In this document: piece by piece, positions 27,211 through 42,084 of the stretch
Layout: each line of letters begins with the position of its first letter
How positions within the stretch are numbered: position 1 is the first letter of the stretch
Notes under the pieces: model-generated
Databases searched by the model: none
The model's input: only the letters and a program-made list of their open reading frames with translations
What the model was told of the DNA's origin: nothing
Made by a program: the position numbers and the translations under genes
NCBI GenBank assembly: GCA_951406725.2
Contig: OX597822.1
Location: 43,482,001-43,544,000, forward strand
Origin: Octopus vulgaris
Taxonomy: Eukaryota
Direction of reading: 5' to 3'
DNA: 62,000 nt

Positions 27211-27709
27211 TTATAACAATGTAAGCTAGCTAGAAAGAGGAGTAAATAATTAGATAGACAGGCAGGTCAATGGATTTCGTACATGTGACAATAGTTAGAT
27301 AAATTGAAAAGTGATAGAGCAGGGAAGGCAGTTTCCCTAGTCGAAAGATGCTCTGACATAGAATTTGTAGTCGAAATAATAGTGGTAGTTTGTTAATGGA
27401 AGCTACAATGGCGACCGTTGCAGAATCTTTTGTCGCTGAAACCTAACGATGTACAGTTGTCTCACTATCAAGTGAGACAACTATCACCTGACTTAATGTG
27501 GGCAGTCATCATATATATATATCGTTCAAATACACATACACACATCAATAAAGTAGAAAATTGGATTCAGTGAATCAAGAGAAACTCGCGGTAAGCATCT
27601 CATACATACATGAATGCCTAAATAATACATATATACATACATACATACATTCAAACATATATACATACGCATACACGCACAAATATATATATATATATAC
27701 ATCCACTTG

Positions 27710-27846
<137 letters not shown>

Positions 27847-27893
27847 GTCTATATCTATCTATCTATCTATCTATATATCTATTTATGTATCTA

Positions 27894-27968
<75 letters not shown>

Positions 27969-28417
27969 TTACCTACACAGGGTCACAGATACACACATAT
28001 ATAAATCTAAATGTGCCAAGCTATCTTCTATCTACCTATCTCTTTCTATATATCTATATAAACAGAGAAAGATCGAGAGTAGGAGAGAAGACATATGTAA
28101 ATACACACACACACGCACACGCACACACATGAACTGTAGCTAATTAAACCATTCATCTATATCAAACACATTCGAAATATAGTCTGAAAAGAAATTTGTA
28201 GACTTTTCCAAGAGTCGATACTTTAAAAGTGTTGATTAGTAATATATTTGTATCCTTGTGTAGATAATGTAATGTATTGATATTCACACTTTTGTTAGTT
28301 TGATTAAAGAAGTTCGAAAAATACCGTATTTTTCTGACATTATTCTGACGGTAATGTGCAGTAAATACACACAGACAGATAGACAGCCAGCCAGCCAGCC
28401 AGACAGACAGACAGACA

Positions 28418-28454
<37 letters not shown>

Positions 28455-28861
28455 TCATATGAGCGAGCAATAAAGAGAATCTTGAACGCGGAATAATTGT
28501 GGAGACAGCTTAGAAGATCGGCTAAATATCCTTAGAAGACGGAAAAATTGTGTGCTTCGAAAGGTGTACATCTCAGATTCCCGTGAAAATTCCGTATCGT
28601 TGAGGTAAACGACCCTTAACAACAAACTTCTTCTTTTATAACCCTAAATGATAGCTTTGGAATGTGAGAACATTTTCTTATAAAGAAAGTTAAATGCGCC
28701 GATCAAATGGTATTTTACAGAAAAGATAGGAGAGCTGGAAAGCAGAATAGCTATAAAATACCTTAGAAGCTTGGATACATACGCCTAGAAGAGGGAAGTA
28801 ACCACATACACACACACACACACACGCACACTTATATATGCATACATACATACATACATAC

Positions 28862-28914
<53 letters not shown>

Positions 28915-28945
28915 TATGAAATAGAGTCCAGAGTAATCCAGGAGT

Positions 28946-29230
28946 CTTTAACGTTTCGAGCCTACGCTCTTCCACAGAAAGGAACACAGAAAGAAACAAG
29001 GAGAGAAACAATCAGAGAAAAAATGTGTGTAGTGGCTACCGATCGATCATGGCCACTACACAGCTATCGGTAGCCACTACACACACATTTTTTCTCTCCT
29101 TATTTCTCTCCTTGCTTCTTTCTGTGTTCCTTTCTGTGGAAGAGCGTAGGCTCGAAACGTTTATGGCTTTTTCAATTCCCGAGCATTATGCTAATACATC
29201 TGTCTTAGTCTTTTGTATTTTTCGTGAATT
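28946..29230. mobile_element. Inverted pair of PLE terminal fragments from the 49522-51928 family
   Basis: Arms ~28950-29043 and 29066-29161; both carry CUGUGGA-a-gagc/guag/gcuc-GAAAC-GUU, shared with 49620-49657. Confidence 0.8.
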
Positions 29231-29235
29231 CTCCA

Positions 29236-29328
<93 letters not shown>

Positions 29329-29489
29329 TGTATATATATATAGGTTATGAGAAGTAATGGCGTCATTGAGACCTAAAGGTGTCAGGTAATGCTGATTAAG
29401 TGCTTTAGATAGACCGAAGTTAAATTCCAGGTTCGGTGACTATGCGAATAAGGGGTTCAACGTTGGTCATATGTCAGCGTGTGTATATA

Positions 29490-29770
29490 AAAATTTTATT
29501 TAGTAATGAGATAAAAAAAACAAGGCTGTGAAGATTTTAGAATATTTATCGATAGGTCCTTACAGCTATTTCCAGGATATTTATTATAATCCTTTCATCG
29601 GAGACGGTGTGTGAGGATGGTTATAAAATAGTTAATTTAGATAAGATATAAAATAGAGAGTGAGGTGGAGGATATAAAAGAAAATAGGTTTGAGATATGT
29701 AGGGATATAGCATTTGTAGATCTATTTTTAAAAGCAGAATGGTATACATGTAATATTCCAATACCTTATG
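29490..29770 (-). mobile_element. PLE 3'-end fragment with U4C HHR at 29556-29605
   Basis: Minus strand gucu-CCGAUGA-a-aggau/10 nt/auccu-g-GAAAU-agcu-GUA-aggac; palindromic agcu loop. Confidence 0.55.
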
Positions 29771-29959
29771 AGTAAAATCCAATAGAATTTTTTAGTTCGA
29801 TTCAGCCCGAGGTTAGCTCATCATTTTTCAGTCATTTGTTTATATTTAAAAATTGTTGCTTCAAATCGGAGAATAAGTATCATTATGATACATTGTATAC
29901 AGTTATTATACTATCAGCCTTCCATTGTAGCTTTCTCTCCATAACACGCAAAGCCTCTC

Positions 29960-31105
29960 GGTTTATGTATGATGCGATTCTTCAAAGGCATTTTAGATCA
30001 ATGTTAACCCTCTGCCGCCTTGTCTCATTTTAGCTAGATGCAGCCTACGTCATTGCTTATGTGGAAATTGTGTGCTTGTCAGTATTTTTCGGGTTTTCAC
30101 ATCAATGGCTCAGATCTCATCAATCGTCCAATCATGCAGCCCAAATGTTGGTGAGCCACTGTTTTATTGGAAGCAGATACCTGTGAGGTTCAAATTGTCT
30201 TTATTCAGCTGTAATATTCTTTAGTGACACGTGTTACATGTGCCATTGGAAGACATGTTTTCATCCACCCCTAGATACCTGCAAAATTCCTCTCAGATAT
30301 AGGGGAACAAGTCAAGACATTAATGGAGACGTTGCTAGTCTGGTTTACAGTTTTTCCCTTTTTCACAACGATATAACAACATTTATCCTGACCTAACTTC
30401 AACCCTACATCTTTTGAGAATGTTGTAACCATGTCAAGGCTCTTTTTCATCTCGTGCATATTCTTTGCATAAAGTTTCGAGTCATTCACAAAGAAACAAG
30501 TGTGTAATTTTGGTATTTCTTTTTCCTTGTGAACTAATAAAATATCTTTCCGACTCCCTTAACATAAATAACAAGCGGTTTACAGAAAGTATAAACAACA
30601 TTCCAGAGGCTGTCTCCATGGAATATGCTTTCACGATACTGTATTCTATCAGTGATAGAATACAGTCACTCTTTATGTTTAATTTCAAAATGGTGGCCCA
30701 CGATGAAGTTGGATCAGCTATGGCTTTGACTATGTTCACTGGAACTTTATCAAATTTAAAGGCTTCTAGCATCTAGTGGGGAACAGACTCAAAAGCTTTT
30801 TTGTAGTCTAGCCACATTGAAACTAGGTTCCTCCTATGCTCTCGCACCTCCGACATCACAGTTTTGTTGATTAACAGTTGCTCGGCATATCCCCAGACTC
30901 TCTGCTTCCCAGGTGCTTGTTCTGCTGTGATGATGTTATAGGTTTCACAATAGTCCTGGAGGAAGAGGTTTAATCATGCTGTATATCTTATACATTAAGT
31001 TCTGGCATGCGATTGGCCGGCAGTTTTTTGCTATGTGGGTGGTTCTGCATTTGGGGATCAATTTTGCCTTTGCCAGAGCTAACCACTGTAGTATGCTACT
31101 GCTCC
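29960..31105 (-). pseudogene. R4/Dong-clade LINE RT fragment, frameshifted
   Basis: QLLINKTVMSEVREHRRNLVSMWLDYKKAFESVPH; THLFL..DSKLYAKN...FSKDVGLKLGQDKC; IDVKTRKILT. Confidence 0.85.
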
Positions 31106-31214
31106 CATTAAGATGGTACAGACAGACTGATAAGATAAGGTCGGTAGAGGGTTAGTGTCTTGTACCAATATCCATCAAGCAAGTCTCTTCGAACGATCGA
31201 TGCTGTATGCCATG

Positions 31215-31570
31215 CGTGTATGTATGTATGTATGTATGTATGTATGTATGTATGTATGTATGTATGTATGTATGTATGTATGTATGTATGTTTGTATGTA
31301 TGCATGCATGTATGCATACATATATGTATATGTATGTATGTATATTTGCATGCATGTATTTATGTATGTATGCATGCATGTATGTATGTATGTATGTATG
31401 TATGTATGTATGCATATATGTATATACGTATGTATGTATGCATGTATATATGTGCATATGTATGTATGCATGTATATATGTATGTATGCATATATGTATA
31501 TGTATGTATGCATGTATGTATGTGTGTATACGTGCATGCTTGTATGCATGCACATATGTATGTATGTGTT
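31215..31570. repeat. (TATG)n-derived compound microsatellite
   Basis: Read directly; source of the MYVC/HTYI ORFs. Confidence 0.95.
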
Positions 31571-32810
31571 CCTTTTTTGCATTTGTCTCCCTATCATTGC
31601 TGGTATACACCTCCATAACTTAGAGATTCGGCGAAACGGACCGATAGACTAAATACTGGCATCGTTTTGTTCGACTAACTCCTACAAGCAGTGCTCCAGC
31701 TTCGTCGCAGTCCAATGACTATAACAAATAAAAGATGAAAGTCAACTCTATAGGAACGGTATGAACTTAAACACTATCGACAAAAACAACCGAGACCCCC
31801 AATACTTCTACCTACACCATTACAACAAACGTCATTAACGCTACAGATACCATCTCATCATATATTACTGTAGCCATCATCGTAGAGAAATCTATCACTA
31901 CTACAACTAACATTAAATGGACGTCTATGATTACTGTCATTAACACCATCATGAATATGAGACGTCTTGGCGCAGCCGTTTTGTCGCCGCCCATCTGGTG
32001 TCAATGATTCGACGCTGACTTATTTGACATCACACGTTTTAATGTTTCTTTTATTATAATGCTTTGCTCATTCTCTTCCTGTCTCTACCCCACCCTCTCT
32101 CTTTCTCGTTCTTTCTTTGTTTCTGTGTATGAGTATATGTGGGGACAGATTTGCTAAAGAATAGAACCAACGTTTTCTCTGCGTACTGTAAAAAGCAAAA
32201 AAAAAAAACCAGGTTGAGCTAGGCTTTTCACTTCGACATGGTAAAACTCTCACCTACAACCGCTACCCAAACAAGCCCATGGAATCGAGGGTTGTCACCT
32301 GAGTGATGCCAAGGTGTCAATCACCAGGAGTATGGAATAGCTGATAAATGAAGAGTGGGAGCGAGGCAATGTAATATTGGATGTCTCCATACCTGGCCTG
32401 AGATCATTTCTTTCTATATGACGAGAAGGAAGGTATTTACATAAATTATTTTCAATAAATGTATTGCTATATCTCATCCTGACACTCATTTTATCTGTGT
32501 GTGTATATTTTAGTGCGTGTGATTATGTGTCTGTGTTTGCCTTTGATGCTAAAAAGTACTGTCGCCAAACCAGGTTGATGATCACTCAACGGTACTAACT
32601 CATCTGCATCCAGTCAGCTGCGCCCAAACAGCTACGCTCAAAAAAATACGCCCAAACGGCTGCACCAAAACAGCTGCGCACAATAGTCTCATTCAGCACC
32701 TTCATTATACGCATGACAGATCTGGTAGAGTATTGGTCAAAATATATCGCAGTATTTACGCTCCTTGATATTCGAAGTTGAAATCTCTTCGGCATTGATA
32801 TGTATATACA

Positions 32811-32900
<90 letters not shown>

Positions 32901-33259
32901 TATATATATATATTTATAATCGATAAAATTAATTAATAATGTACTGAGAGATATTATATAGATTATAACCAAATTTGGAATGTATTATTCTAATAAATAT
33001 AAAGCAAAGTGTGTTTTTCAATTATATATTAAAAGTATTTTGCAAACACAAAATGCATTAACGAACACGTGTACGCATGTATGTATTTATACACACACAC
33101 ACACACATATGTACGCACATATATACATGAGTAAACATAAATACGAACATGTGTTTATACATAAATAAATAAATAAGTATATACATTGGCTTATCAAATC
33201 ACTGCCTGATTCTGCATATATATATATATATATATATAAGTATGTATAAGCATACATAT

Positions 33260-33291
<32 letters not shown>

Positions 33292-33786
33292 GTATGTATA
33301 AGCATATATATATATATATGTATGTATATATAATATATATTTAGATTGATATAGTTACACACACACACAAATATACACATAGGCAAACTTGCATATATAC
33401 TCACACACACGCATACACACATACACACACACATATATATATATATGCGCATGTATGCATAAACATAGACATAACTACATAGATGTGTGTTTGTACATAC
33501 ATAAATATATATACATACATACATACATAATTACACACATAGATGAATATATACATACACAAGCTTATCCAATCACTGCCTGGTTCTGCATGTGTTTTAT
33601 TCTCTCTTTTTTTTTTTTATTAATTACAAATATTCAGAAATAATTAATTGTATGTTCAGTTTGAATTCTTCCGTAATCAGGTGTTACGTAAAGCAGGGTG
33701 AGGGGGTATGTTCATCTCTTTCTCTCCTGGACTCATTATTTTGAACGTTATTTCGAACGACATCGCCATCGTCGTTGTCCTCGTCG

Positions 33787-33840
<54 letters not shown>

Positions 33841-34066
33841 ACGTCATCATCATCAACGTCATCATCATCATCATCATTATTACTATTTTTATAATGATTG
33901 CTAAAGCCACAACGTTCATCATAATCCTCATCATTATTTTTCGTATACAAACATGGGTTGAGATTATCAACGTAACAATCACCACCACCACCACCACCAC
34001 CACCGCCGCCGACGCCACACTACAATCAATCTCCTCCTCCCCCTCTTCCGCCTCCTTCTCTTCCAG

Positions 34067-34107
<41 letters not shown>

Positions 34108-34142
34108 AATTACCGTCATCACCGTCATCACCGTCACCATCG

Positions 34143-34178
<36 letters not shown>

Positions 34179-34721
34179 CTTTTGCAATTGTTGTTGTTCT
34201 ACACCGCCTCTTTATTCTTTTGAGCACTTCTTCCTCAACCTCTTCCTCTCCTCATCCTCCTTCTCCTTCTCCTTCTTCTTCTTCTCCTTCCTCATCTCAT
34301 TCTTCTTCTTCTCATTCATCTTATTGTTACTAATATCATCGTTGTTGCTGTTTATGCTACACTTTACTTCTTTGAGCTGGTACCTCACCAAAAGCCTGCT
34401 ATAATCCAATTAGCTGTTTTGGCAAATCCTGAACAAGGCTCCGTCTCTTAATTTAATCAAAACACAACTGCGATGCCATTTCCACGTTTCCGCTATAGAA
34501 TTGTTCCGCAATTTGAATTACTCAACATTTTACATATGTTGACTCTCTCTCACACACACAGACACACGCGCACACGCGCAGACTTATATAGATATATTTA
34601 TATGTATATGCATATATGTATATATATATATGCATATATCTGTGTGTATAGAGGCATATATAAATATGTGTTTGTATGTGTAAAAGCAAATATGTATATA
34701 TATATAATATACATACATACG

Positions 34722-34753
<32 letters not shown>

Positions 34754-34947
34754 CCGTATATTAGAAGTAAATAGGATTGAGGGCGCGAAAGGGAAAGCGA
34801 ATGAGAGATATGTATATAAGAATCATAATCACTAGCGCACACGCATGTGTGTGTGTGTGTGTGGTTGTATATATATATATATATGTCTATATATATATAT
34901 GTCTATATATATATATATATGTCTATATATATATATATATATGTATA

Positions 34948-34993
<46 letters not shown>

Positions 34994-35017
34994 TACATAT
35001 ATATATATGTATATGTC

Positions 35018-35060
<43 letters not shown>

Positions 35061-35473
35061 ATCTGGAAAACGAGCATAGAGATAAGAGCGTGCATCTTAA
35101 GATAAGTATTAATTTATATATTGATAAATATACACATATGTATATTTCCGTTCGGGTGTTTCGCTTTATATATATATATATATATGTATATTATATGTGT
35201 GTGCGTATAAATTCACATCTGCATGCACACTAGCGCACGCAGACTTGCATGTCTCAATATATATTTTTACATACACATGGATGTATGTGTGTATATACAT
35301 ATTTATTTAAACTTTCTGTTATTTGTGTACGTATGAATGCATTTTCTTACGCTGGCTGAACCAAGGTTATTTATACATCGCAGAAAATATATACACTCGC
35401 ATAAATATCTATATACGAACTTAAGCTCACAGGGACATAGAGAAAATAGAGAGTGAGAGAGAGAGCGTGAGCG

Positions 35474-35510
<37 letters not shown>

Positions 35511-35596
35511 GACAGAGAGTGAGAGAGAGTGAGTGAGAGCTTGAGAACTACCTCGGGTTAAATCTCAAAAGTATGTATCTATCTATCTAATCTATC

Positions 35597-35649
<53 letters not shown>

Positions 35650-35662
35650 ATATCTATCTATC

Positions 35663-35724
<62 letters not shown>

Positions 35725-35760
35725 TATACGAATAGATATGCATATACACTTGTTCATTAG

Positions 35761-35924
35761 CGTATTTGCAAAGTGCATTATGGAACCGTTATACCCCTTC
35801 CGCCTCATGGACCCAGCGTAGTGAACCTCAGTATTCTTTTCCCTCTCCCCGCTACCATAGCCAACCATGCAGTGAACCGAACACCCAAGCATCCCGGATG
35901 CTCCCACCCCCGACATCATTTTAG
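35761..35924 (+). CDS. Candidate terminal coding exon of an unknown host gene
   Basis: cacttgttcattAG acceptor at 35759-60; after two split-codon bases, 53 open codons YLQSALWNRYTPSASWTQRSEPQYSFPSPRYHSQPCSEPNTQASRMLPPPTSF* in a non-repetitive GC-richer island; no homology recognised. Confidence 0.25.
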
Positions 35925-36056
35925 TTATTAATGGAATACTTTTATTGTCTACTCAAAGATCTTGGTATATTTTCGTTTTTTTTTTCACATTGGCACACAG
36001 ACACACACGAGTACATGCATGTGTTATTGTATATTGAGTTTGTTTTCAACATTGAC

Positions 36057-36117
<61 letters not shown>

Positions 36118-36384
36118 ATACAAGCGTGCTCCCACAAGCACACACGCATGTATATATACTTATTCACTCTCATTCATACCTAAATATACACAGGAAGACA
36201 CCGCACTCACAACTACACACCACCCAAATGCCTCTGGCCCATTCCATCACATCTATATATATACATATATACATACACACACATATATGTATATATATAT
36301 ATATATATATATCATATATACATACATATCTATATCTATCTAAATATATATATGTATGTATATATATATATATAAATACTATAT

Positions 36385-36415
<31 letters not shown>

Positions 36416-36444
36416 CATACATATATATATATATATATATACAT

Positions 36445-36533
<89 letters not shown>

Positions 36534-36653
36534 CATAACGTTCATCATAATCCTCATCATATACATATCTATACACATATATATAGAGATATATAGAGAG
36601 ATATATGTACGTGCACAATCTCTTTATGTATATATATTGATATGTATGTATAT

Positions 36654-36724
<71 letters not shown>

Positions 36725-37480
36725 TCGCTCTCGTTTATTTTCATTTCTCTATGAAACCAAGCATGCATTATGCAGAAATTCTTGGAATCATTAAACCAAA
36801 ATATATTTTTGCGAAATGAAATGTTCAAACAGAGTTAAAACAAACAAAACAAGAATATCAGCCTCGGCAACAACAACACCAACAAAATCTGGAACATAAT
36901 CATCATCATCATCAGCAGCAGCAGCAGCAGTACAAACAGCAGCCGCAGCAACAACCTCCAAGAAGTAAAATGTTATGTGGAGGAGACTAAAACTAGAGAT
37001 TAAATGGCTACGTGTCTGTTTCGTTACTAATCAGCGTTTTTTTGTTAATCTTCAGCATCATGATGATGATGTTTGTCATCATCATCATCATCATCATCAT
37101 CATCGTCGTCGTCGTCGTTGTTGTCCTCGTTGTCACCACCACCACCACCACCTCCACCACCACCACCACCACCACCACCACCATCATCATCATCATTATC
37201 ATCATCGTCGTCGTCGTCGACGTCATCGTTCTCGTCGTAGTCGTCGTCACAATGATCGTAATATTTCTGTTTTATACAAATATTGTTGCTAATATTTTAC
37301 CATATATTGCCAGTTATTAAATAACTCTCAAAAGCTATCGTTAACATAATTAAAAAAAAAAAAAACGGAAAATGTTTTATCAGTATTATTGAATAAAAAT
37401 CTAAATACGAACGAATACCACCACCACCACCACCACTACCACCATCATAATCATGCTCATAATTATTATTATTATTATTA

Positions 37481-37541
<61 letters not shown>

Positions 37542-37692
37542 TACTATTATTATTATTATTATTGTTGTTGTTGTTGTTGTTGTTGCTGTTGTTGTTGTTG
37601 TTTTGTTACTGATGTTGTTCTGATGCATCGTTGTTTTGCGGTAATTGTTCTGGCTCTTTATGTTCAGAGTTGGCCTTGTGCCTAAACTAGAG

Positions 37693-37788
<96 letters not shown>

Positions 37789-37789
<1 letters not shown>

Positions 37790-38883
37790 TCCATCTGCTG
37801 TCAACAGCTGCTGAATGGAGGGCTGGTATACCGTGGTTGCTGATGTGCAGATAGTCGCTGAGTTTGCGGCATCTCCAGCGTTTCTTTGACGGTGAGTAGG
37901 TGTGCTCACCGTTTGTAAGAGACACTTTTCCACAGCTCGTCAGTTTGACGGAGCTGCCTGGATTAGGCGTAGACCGAGGAGGGTCACTTGGCACCTCGAG
38001 TGCCGTGAAGCGCACACAACCCTTCGCTGGGCGGGCAATGCAGTCGGTGGTATTCCTACTCTAGCGGTCTATAGAGGGCTAGTGGAGGGAAAGTTCGACG
38101 ACGTTCTCGGGGAAACTCTGGGCATCGATGAAGATCAACTAACCGGTCTGTTTCGGAGAACTTTCGGCCCTGGGCCTATGGATAACTTACAGAAATCCCT
38201 TGCCTGGCAGTGCTACCGAGGGGCGCTGCCTGTTCGGATAAACTTTACAGGGACGGAAGTTCCGTCAGCCTGGCCTGCCCGAGTATTGCTGACCTGTGGG
38301 TTTATGTCGAACAGCTACTGTAGCGTGTAGGACAGACCCGGCTATCAGCTGAAACTTTTGTGAAAATTGTCCCGCCACCCATTTTTCGGCCGGAAGGAGC
38401 AGGCAATTTTTATTTGTCTAGTGGCTGTAGCGAAAGAGGTAGTATGGTGGACCCGTTTGAAAGGGCTAAAGACAGACACTTTCCTCTTTGGACAAGCCCC
38501 TCATCAACTTTTTCAAATTTCACTTGAAAAGGAAGTTGGGGTGGAGAGGGAAGTGTTGCTTTTTAGCAAGTTTATTGAAAGTTGGGTGAATGTTGGAAGA
38601 ATGGCCAGTGTGAAAGGACCAATTCTGAGCGTGCACCTATAAAAAGGGAATCAAAGGAGAAGGGCTCTTGCCCTATTGTTCAGGCACCCGTGGCTTTTGT
38701 GTGTTTTTCTACGAGGACCTTAAAGCGCATCCCTGATCGGGAGATTTAATTTGTCCAATTTTTATCGTTATTACATTGTGTACACACGAAAACCCATTGT
38801 ATCGTCCTGTTTTTGTCTTTTATGTTGTGGTGTGTCATTGAATGTTTTTGTATATGAGCCCTTATGGCTAATAAAAGAATAAA
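37789..38883 (+). mobile_element. 5'-truncated Tx1/L1-group LINE in (ATT)n
   Basis: LAWQCYRGALPVR (zf-RVT-like), then AIFICLVAVAKEVVWWTRLKG...FFKFHLKRK; 3'UTR ending ctaataaaagaataaa; (ATT)n on both sides. Confidence 0.75.
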
Positions 38884-39029
38884 TTATTATTATTATTATT
38901 ATTCATCTTTCCACTAGTCTTTTTCCATTGCGTTGTTTCTTTGCATTTCCGAGTACAGCTTTCTGTCCCTACGCTGTGGTTTCGTTTTGATCTTATCTTC
39001 ATTATATTGAATGAGCACTACGTAAGATT

Positions 39030-40110
39030 TGTGCGGTGCCTAAAAGTACTCAATTCTGTATTTCATATGTACTCGTAAGCTCTGGTTATGTCCTTGTGTG
39101 TATGCGTTTTGGCCATAACTAAACCACCTGCTACTATAGAGATTATTTCTGTCTTCAAGCTACACATTCGAGTTATCTTTAATTCTAGATCCCTGTATTT
39201 CGGAAGTTTCTCCATTTCTTTTAGAAGTAAATTGTCATCTTACGGTACTGTAATGTCGATTACAAGGCATCGTTCCTTGGTGGACTCTGACAACATACGT
39301 TCGATTAGCCTTGCTCTCCCTATCTGTATGTATCAGCATAGCCCAGAGTATGTATGCTTTGTCTTTTTTTGAGACCTTTTTTCTGTGGTATGCCCTATTT
39401 CTCTCCGTTGGCATTCCATAGTGTTGGCACGAGTCCCATTGTATATAAATCCCATCTCTGTCGTGTCAGAGATGTATTGGCCAGACAAGAAAAAAATGAT
39501 TTATTATTTCTTCTCCATCACCACATATTACTCAATGACATATGTATTATTTATTATTTTTTTTTCGTCTTTTCTGACGAGGAGGCTTTGATCTTGTATC
39601 GCAATTAAGGATTCTTTAGGCTTTGACTTCAGCTCCGCGCTTCTTCAAACGTGTTGGCATGATTTCCTTCTCTCTTTTTCTTCTCTTTATCTATTCCTGA
39701 TTTTTGCTATGAAAGGACTTCTCTCGACATTGATCTGTCAAAACACATTGTAGCTAAAGATTTAGCATAGATCTTAGCGGCTTCACAGTGTTTTCGTTGT
39801 TTCTTCTTTTCCCCGAAACCATCAGTTATTGTCGACCCCTGCTCTGTAATTTACGACTTCCTTGAAGACAGAAAACAGTTGTTTGTTTTGTTCAGTAGCT
39901 ATTTATATTAGCTTTCCATGATTCTGCATTAGATATTTTTGCAGTTCTATGGTGGATGTTGTATAATATTTTTATTGTTTTACAAATCATCTACTGCTTT
40001 CAGTTCATGGTATGTATAATCTTTCTTTGTCAGATGTTGGATGATGTATTCTAAATGCAGTCATTATTTCCGTTCCCTTTCTGCTTAGTCTTGCTAGTCC
40101 ATTCATCATC
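39030..40110 (-). pseudogene. Decayed R4/Dong-clade LINE 3' region
   Basis: Minus frames ERLYIP, RHDRDGIYIQW..CQHY, ERCLVIDITVP*DDNLLLKEMEKLPKYRDLELKITRM; abuts the (AAT)n run starting at ~40130. Confidence 0.7.
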
Positions 40111-40134
40111 ATCATCATAAGTATCGTAATGTTG

Positions 40135-40207
<73 letters not shown>

Positions 40208-40214
40208 CAACAAC

Positions 40215-40255
<41 letters not shown>

Positions 40256-40261
40256 TAATAA

Positions 40262-40317
<56 letters not shown>

Positions 40318-40324
40318 GTTGTTG

Positions 40325-40740
40325 TTGAGTGAGAGAGTAGTGCATGCCCTCAAAGTGACACCGGGATAAAATATTCGATGCCTAGTATCCCCATCATAAG
40401 AATACACCAGGAATATACGTCATAACTATATGTGCGCGGCATGGTAATTTTATATCAACCTGAGCAGCGCATGATCTTGTAGGTAGGGCCCAGTTAAAAT
40501 CTTCTTCGGGTCGAGTAGTCCATCCCGCCCAAAAGATCGTTGAATAAGGTTTGTCTAAGGATGTTGAACAAAACAGCAATGTTCCCTGAGTTGAATTATT
40601 CAGACTCCAAACGATTCCTCTCAGCACATGGCTATGATGCTCCCCAACCAATTATGCCCGTGATCAGAGATGCACATATCGTCAGCCACTAAGGGGCGTA
40701 CTTAACTTGTTACGGTCAAACAACTGACAAGCAAATCTAG
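40325..40740 (+). mobile_element. Repeat family D copy
   Basis: ttgagtgagagagtagtgcatgcc...gacaagcaaatct, homologous to 5449-5926; preceded by (AAT)n/(ATT)n. Confidence 0.7.
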
Positions 40741-41501
40741 TTCCGATGTTTTACAACCCTCTGGGGTCTGCAATGTGTTTCATCCTTTTATGATCAATGA
40801 AATAAAGTAACAACAACGTCCTGGCCCAATGGTATCGACTAACCCCTCCCCTCAAAACCGCTTGGCTTGTACATAGATTAGGAACCGATAAAAAGGAAGC
40901 GAACGGGAAGAATCGTTTGAGCTTCTGAAAAAATCCCTTGCTATTTTTTTTCCGTCTTTTAACGTCCGAAGTTGAAATGTTGTTCTCGTCATTGGCCTTT
41001 TATCCCTCTAAAGTCGATAAAATAAAGTACCAGGCTAATACTGGGGGTATGGGTAATGACTAACCCATCACCACAATATTGTTAGTTTTGTGCCTAAATC
41101 AAAACCAGTTTTTATGTGTATTAGCAGAGCTACAAACAAAATATCTCGCGTTATTTACTTATTGTGTTAATTAGCACAGCCCGTACAGCTCATATTCTAC
41201 AAAATATTCTGGCATATTCTATAGAATCATCACCCATTAGTATGGCGCTACTCCCAAACACATATTCAACGCTATCAATTCTCTCTGCTGTAGCACAACT
41301 CAGGAAGCACATTTTCAATAAAATCTCGGCCGAATTATATAACTTGCAGATCATATATATCTGTCGTAAAATCCAAACTCAACACGATCCACAGAACAAA
41401 CATTCTATCTGTCTGACACCTAACCCTAAAATATAATCAACGGATGTTAAAAAAACTCAGGCATTTCTCAATGTAGAAATAATACATTTCTAAATCTCCT
41501 A

Positions 41502-42084
41502 GAGAGATTTATGCAGCAGCAGCACGGTAAAGTGATAGTATGTTGTCAACTTAATGTGACAGTCCCATGAAAGGGAAGAATGCTACTGTTATTTAACCCT
41601 AGGAAACACCGTTTCCTGTTGGACTTGACACATTTCCTGTGTCCTTATGTTTTCAAAGGAGAGATAAAAACCTCCACCCAGCAAAACCAGCAACCAGAGA
41701 CTAATTTCAGAGTCATTGCTCAAAATCAGTGTGGAGTAGATTCGCCTGCTAGATGTCGATATCTATCCACCTGTGAAAACATATATATTTCAAGTGAAAT
41801 ATACATGTTTTCAAGAGCGGATTGGCATCGACAAGTAGTAAGACATGCTACACCACACTAATGATGAGCAATGACTTTGAAACTAGTCTCTGGGTGTTGG
41901 CTTTGCTGACTGGAGGTGTTTGTCTCCACTTTGAAAACATAAGGACACAGGAAATGCGTCAAATCCAACAGCAAACGGTGTTTCCTAGGGCTAAATAACA
42001 GCAGCATTCTTCCCATTCATAGGACTGTCACATTACGTTAACAACATTTTATACTGTATCCTGCTGCTATTGCATAAATTTCTC
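41502..42084. repeat. Old ~580-bp imperfect foldback with two decayed HHRs
   Basis: Arms centred near 41793; HHR-like motifs at 41694-41734 (-) and 41853-41893 (+). Confidence 0.8.

Noticed and set aside
39575-39660. CTGACGA...AAACGT as another hammerhead
   Set aside because: G12 is absent, stem II is unconvincing and stem I does not pair; it lies inside a decayed R4 fragment.
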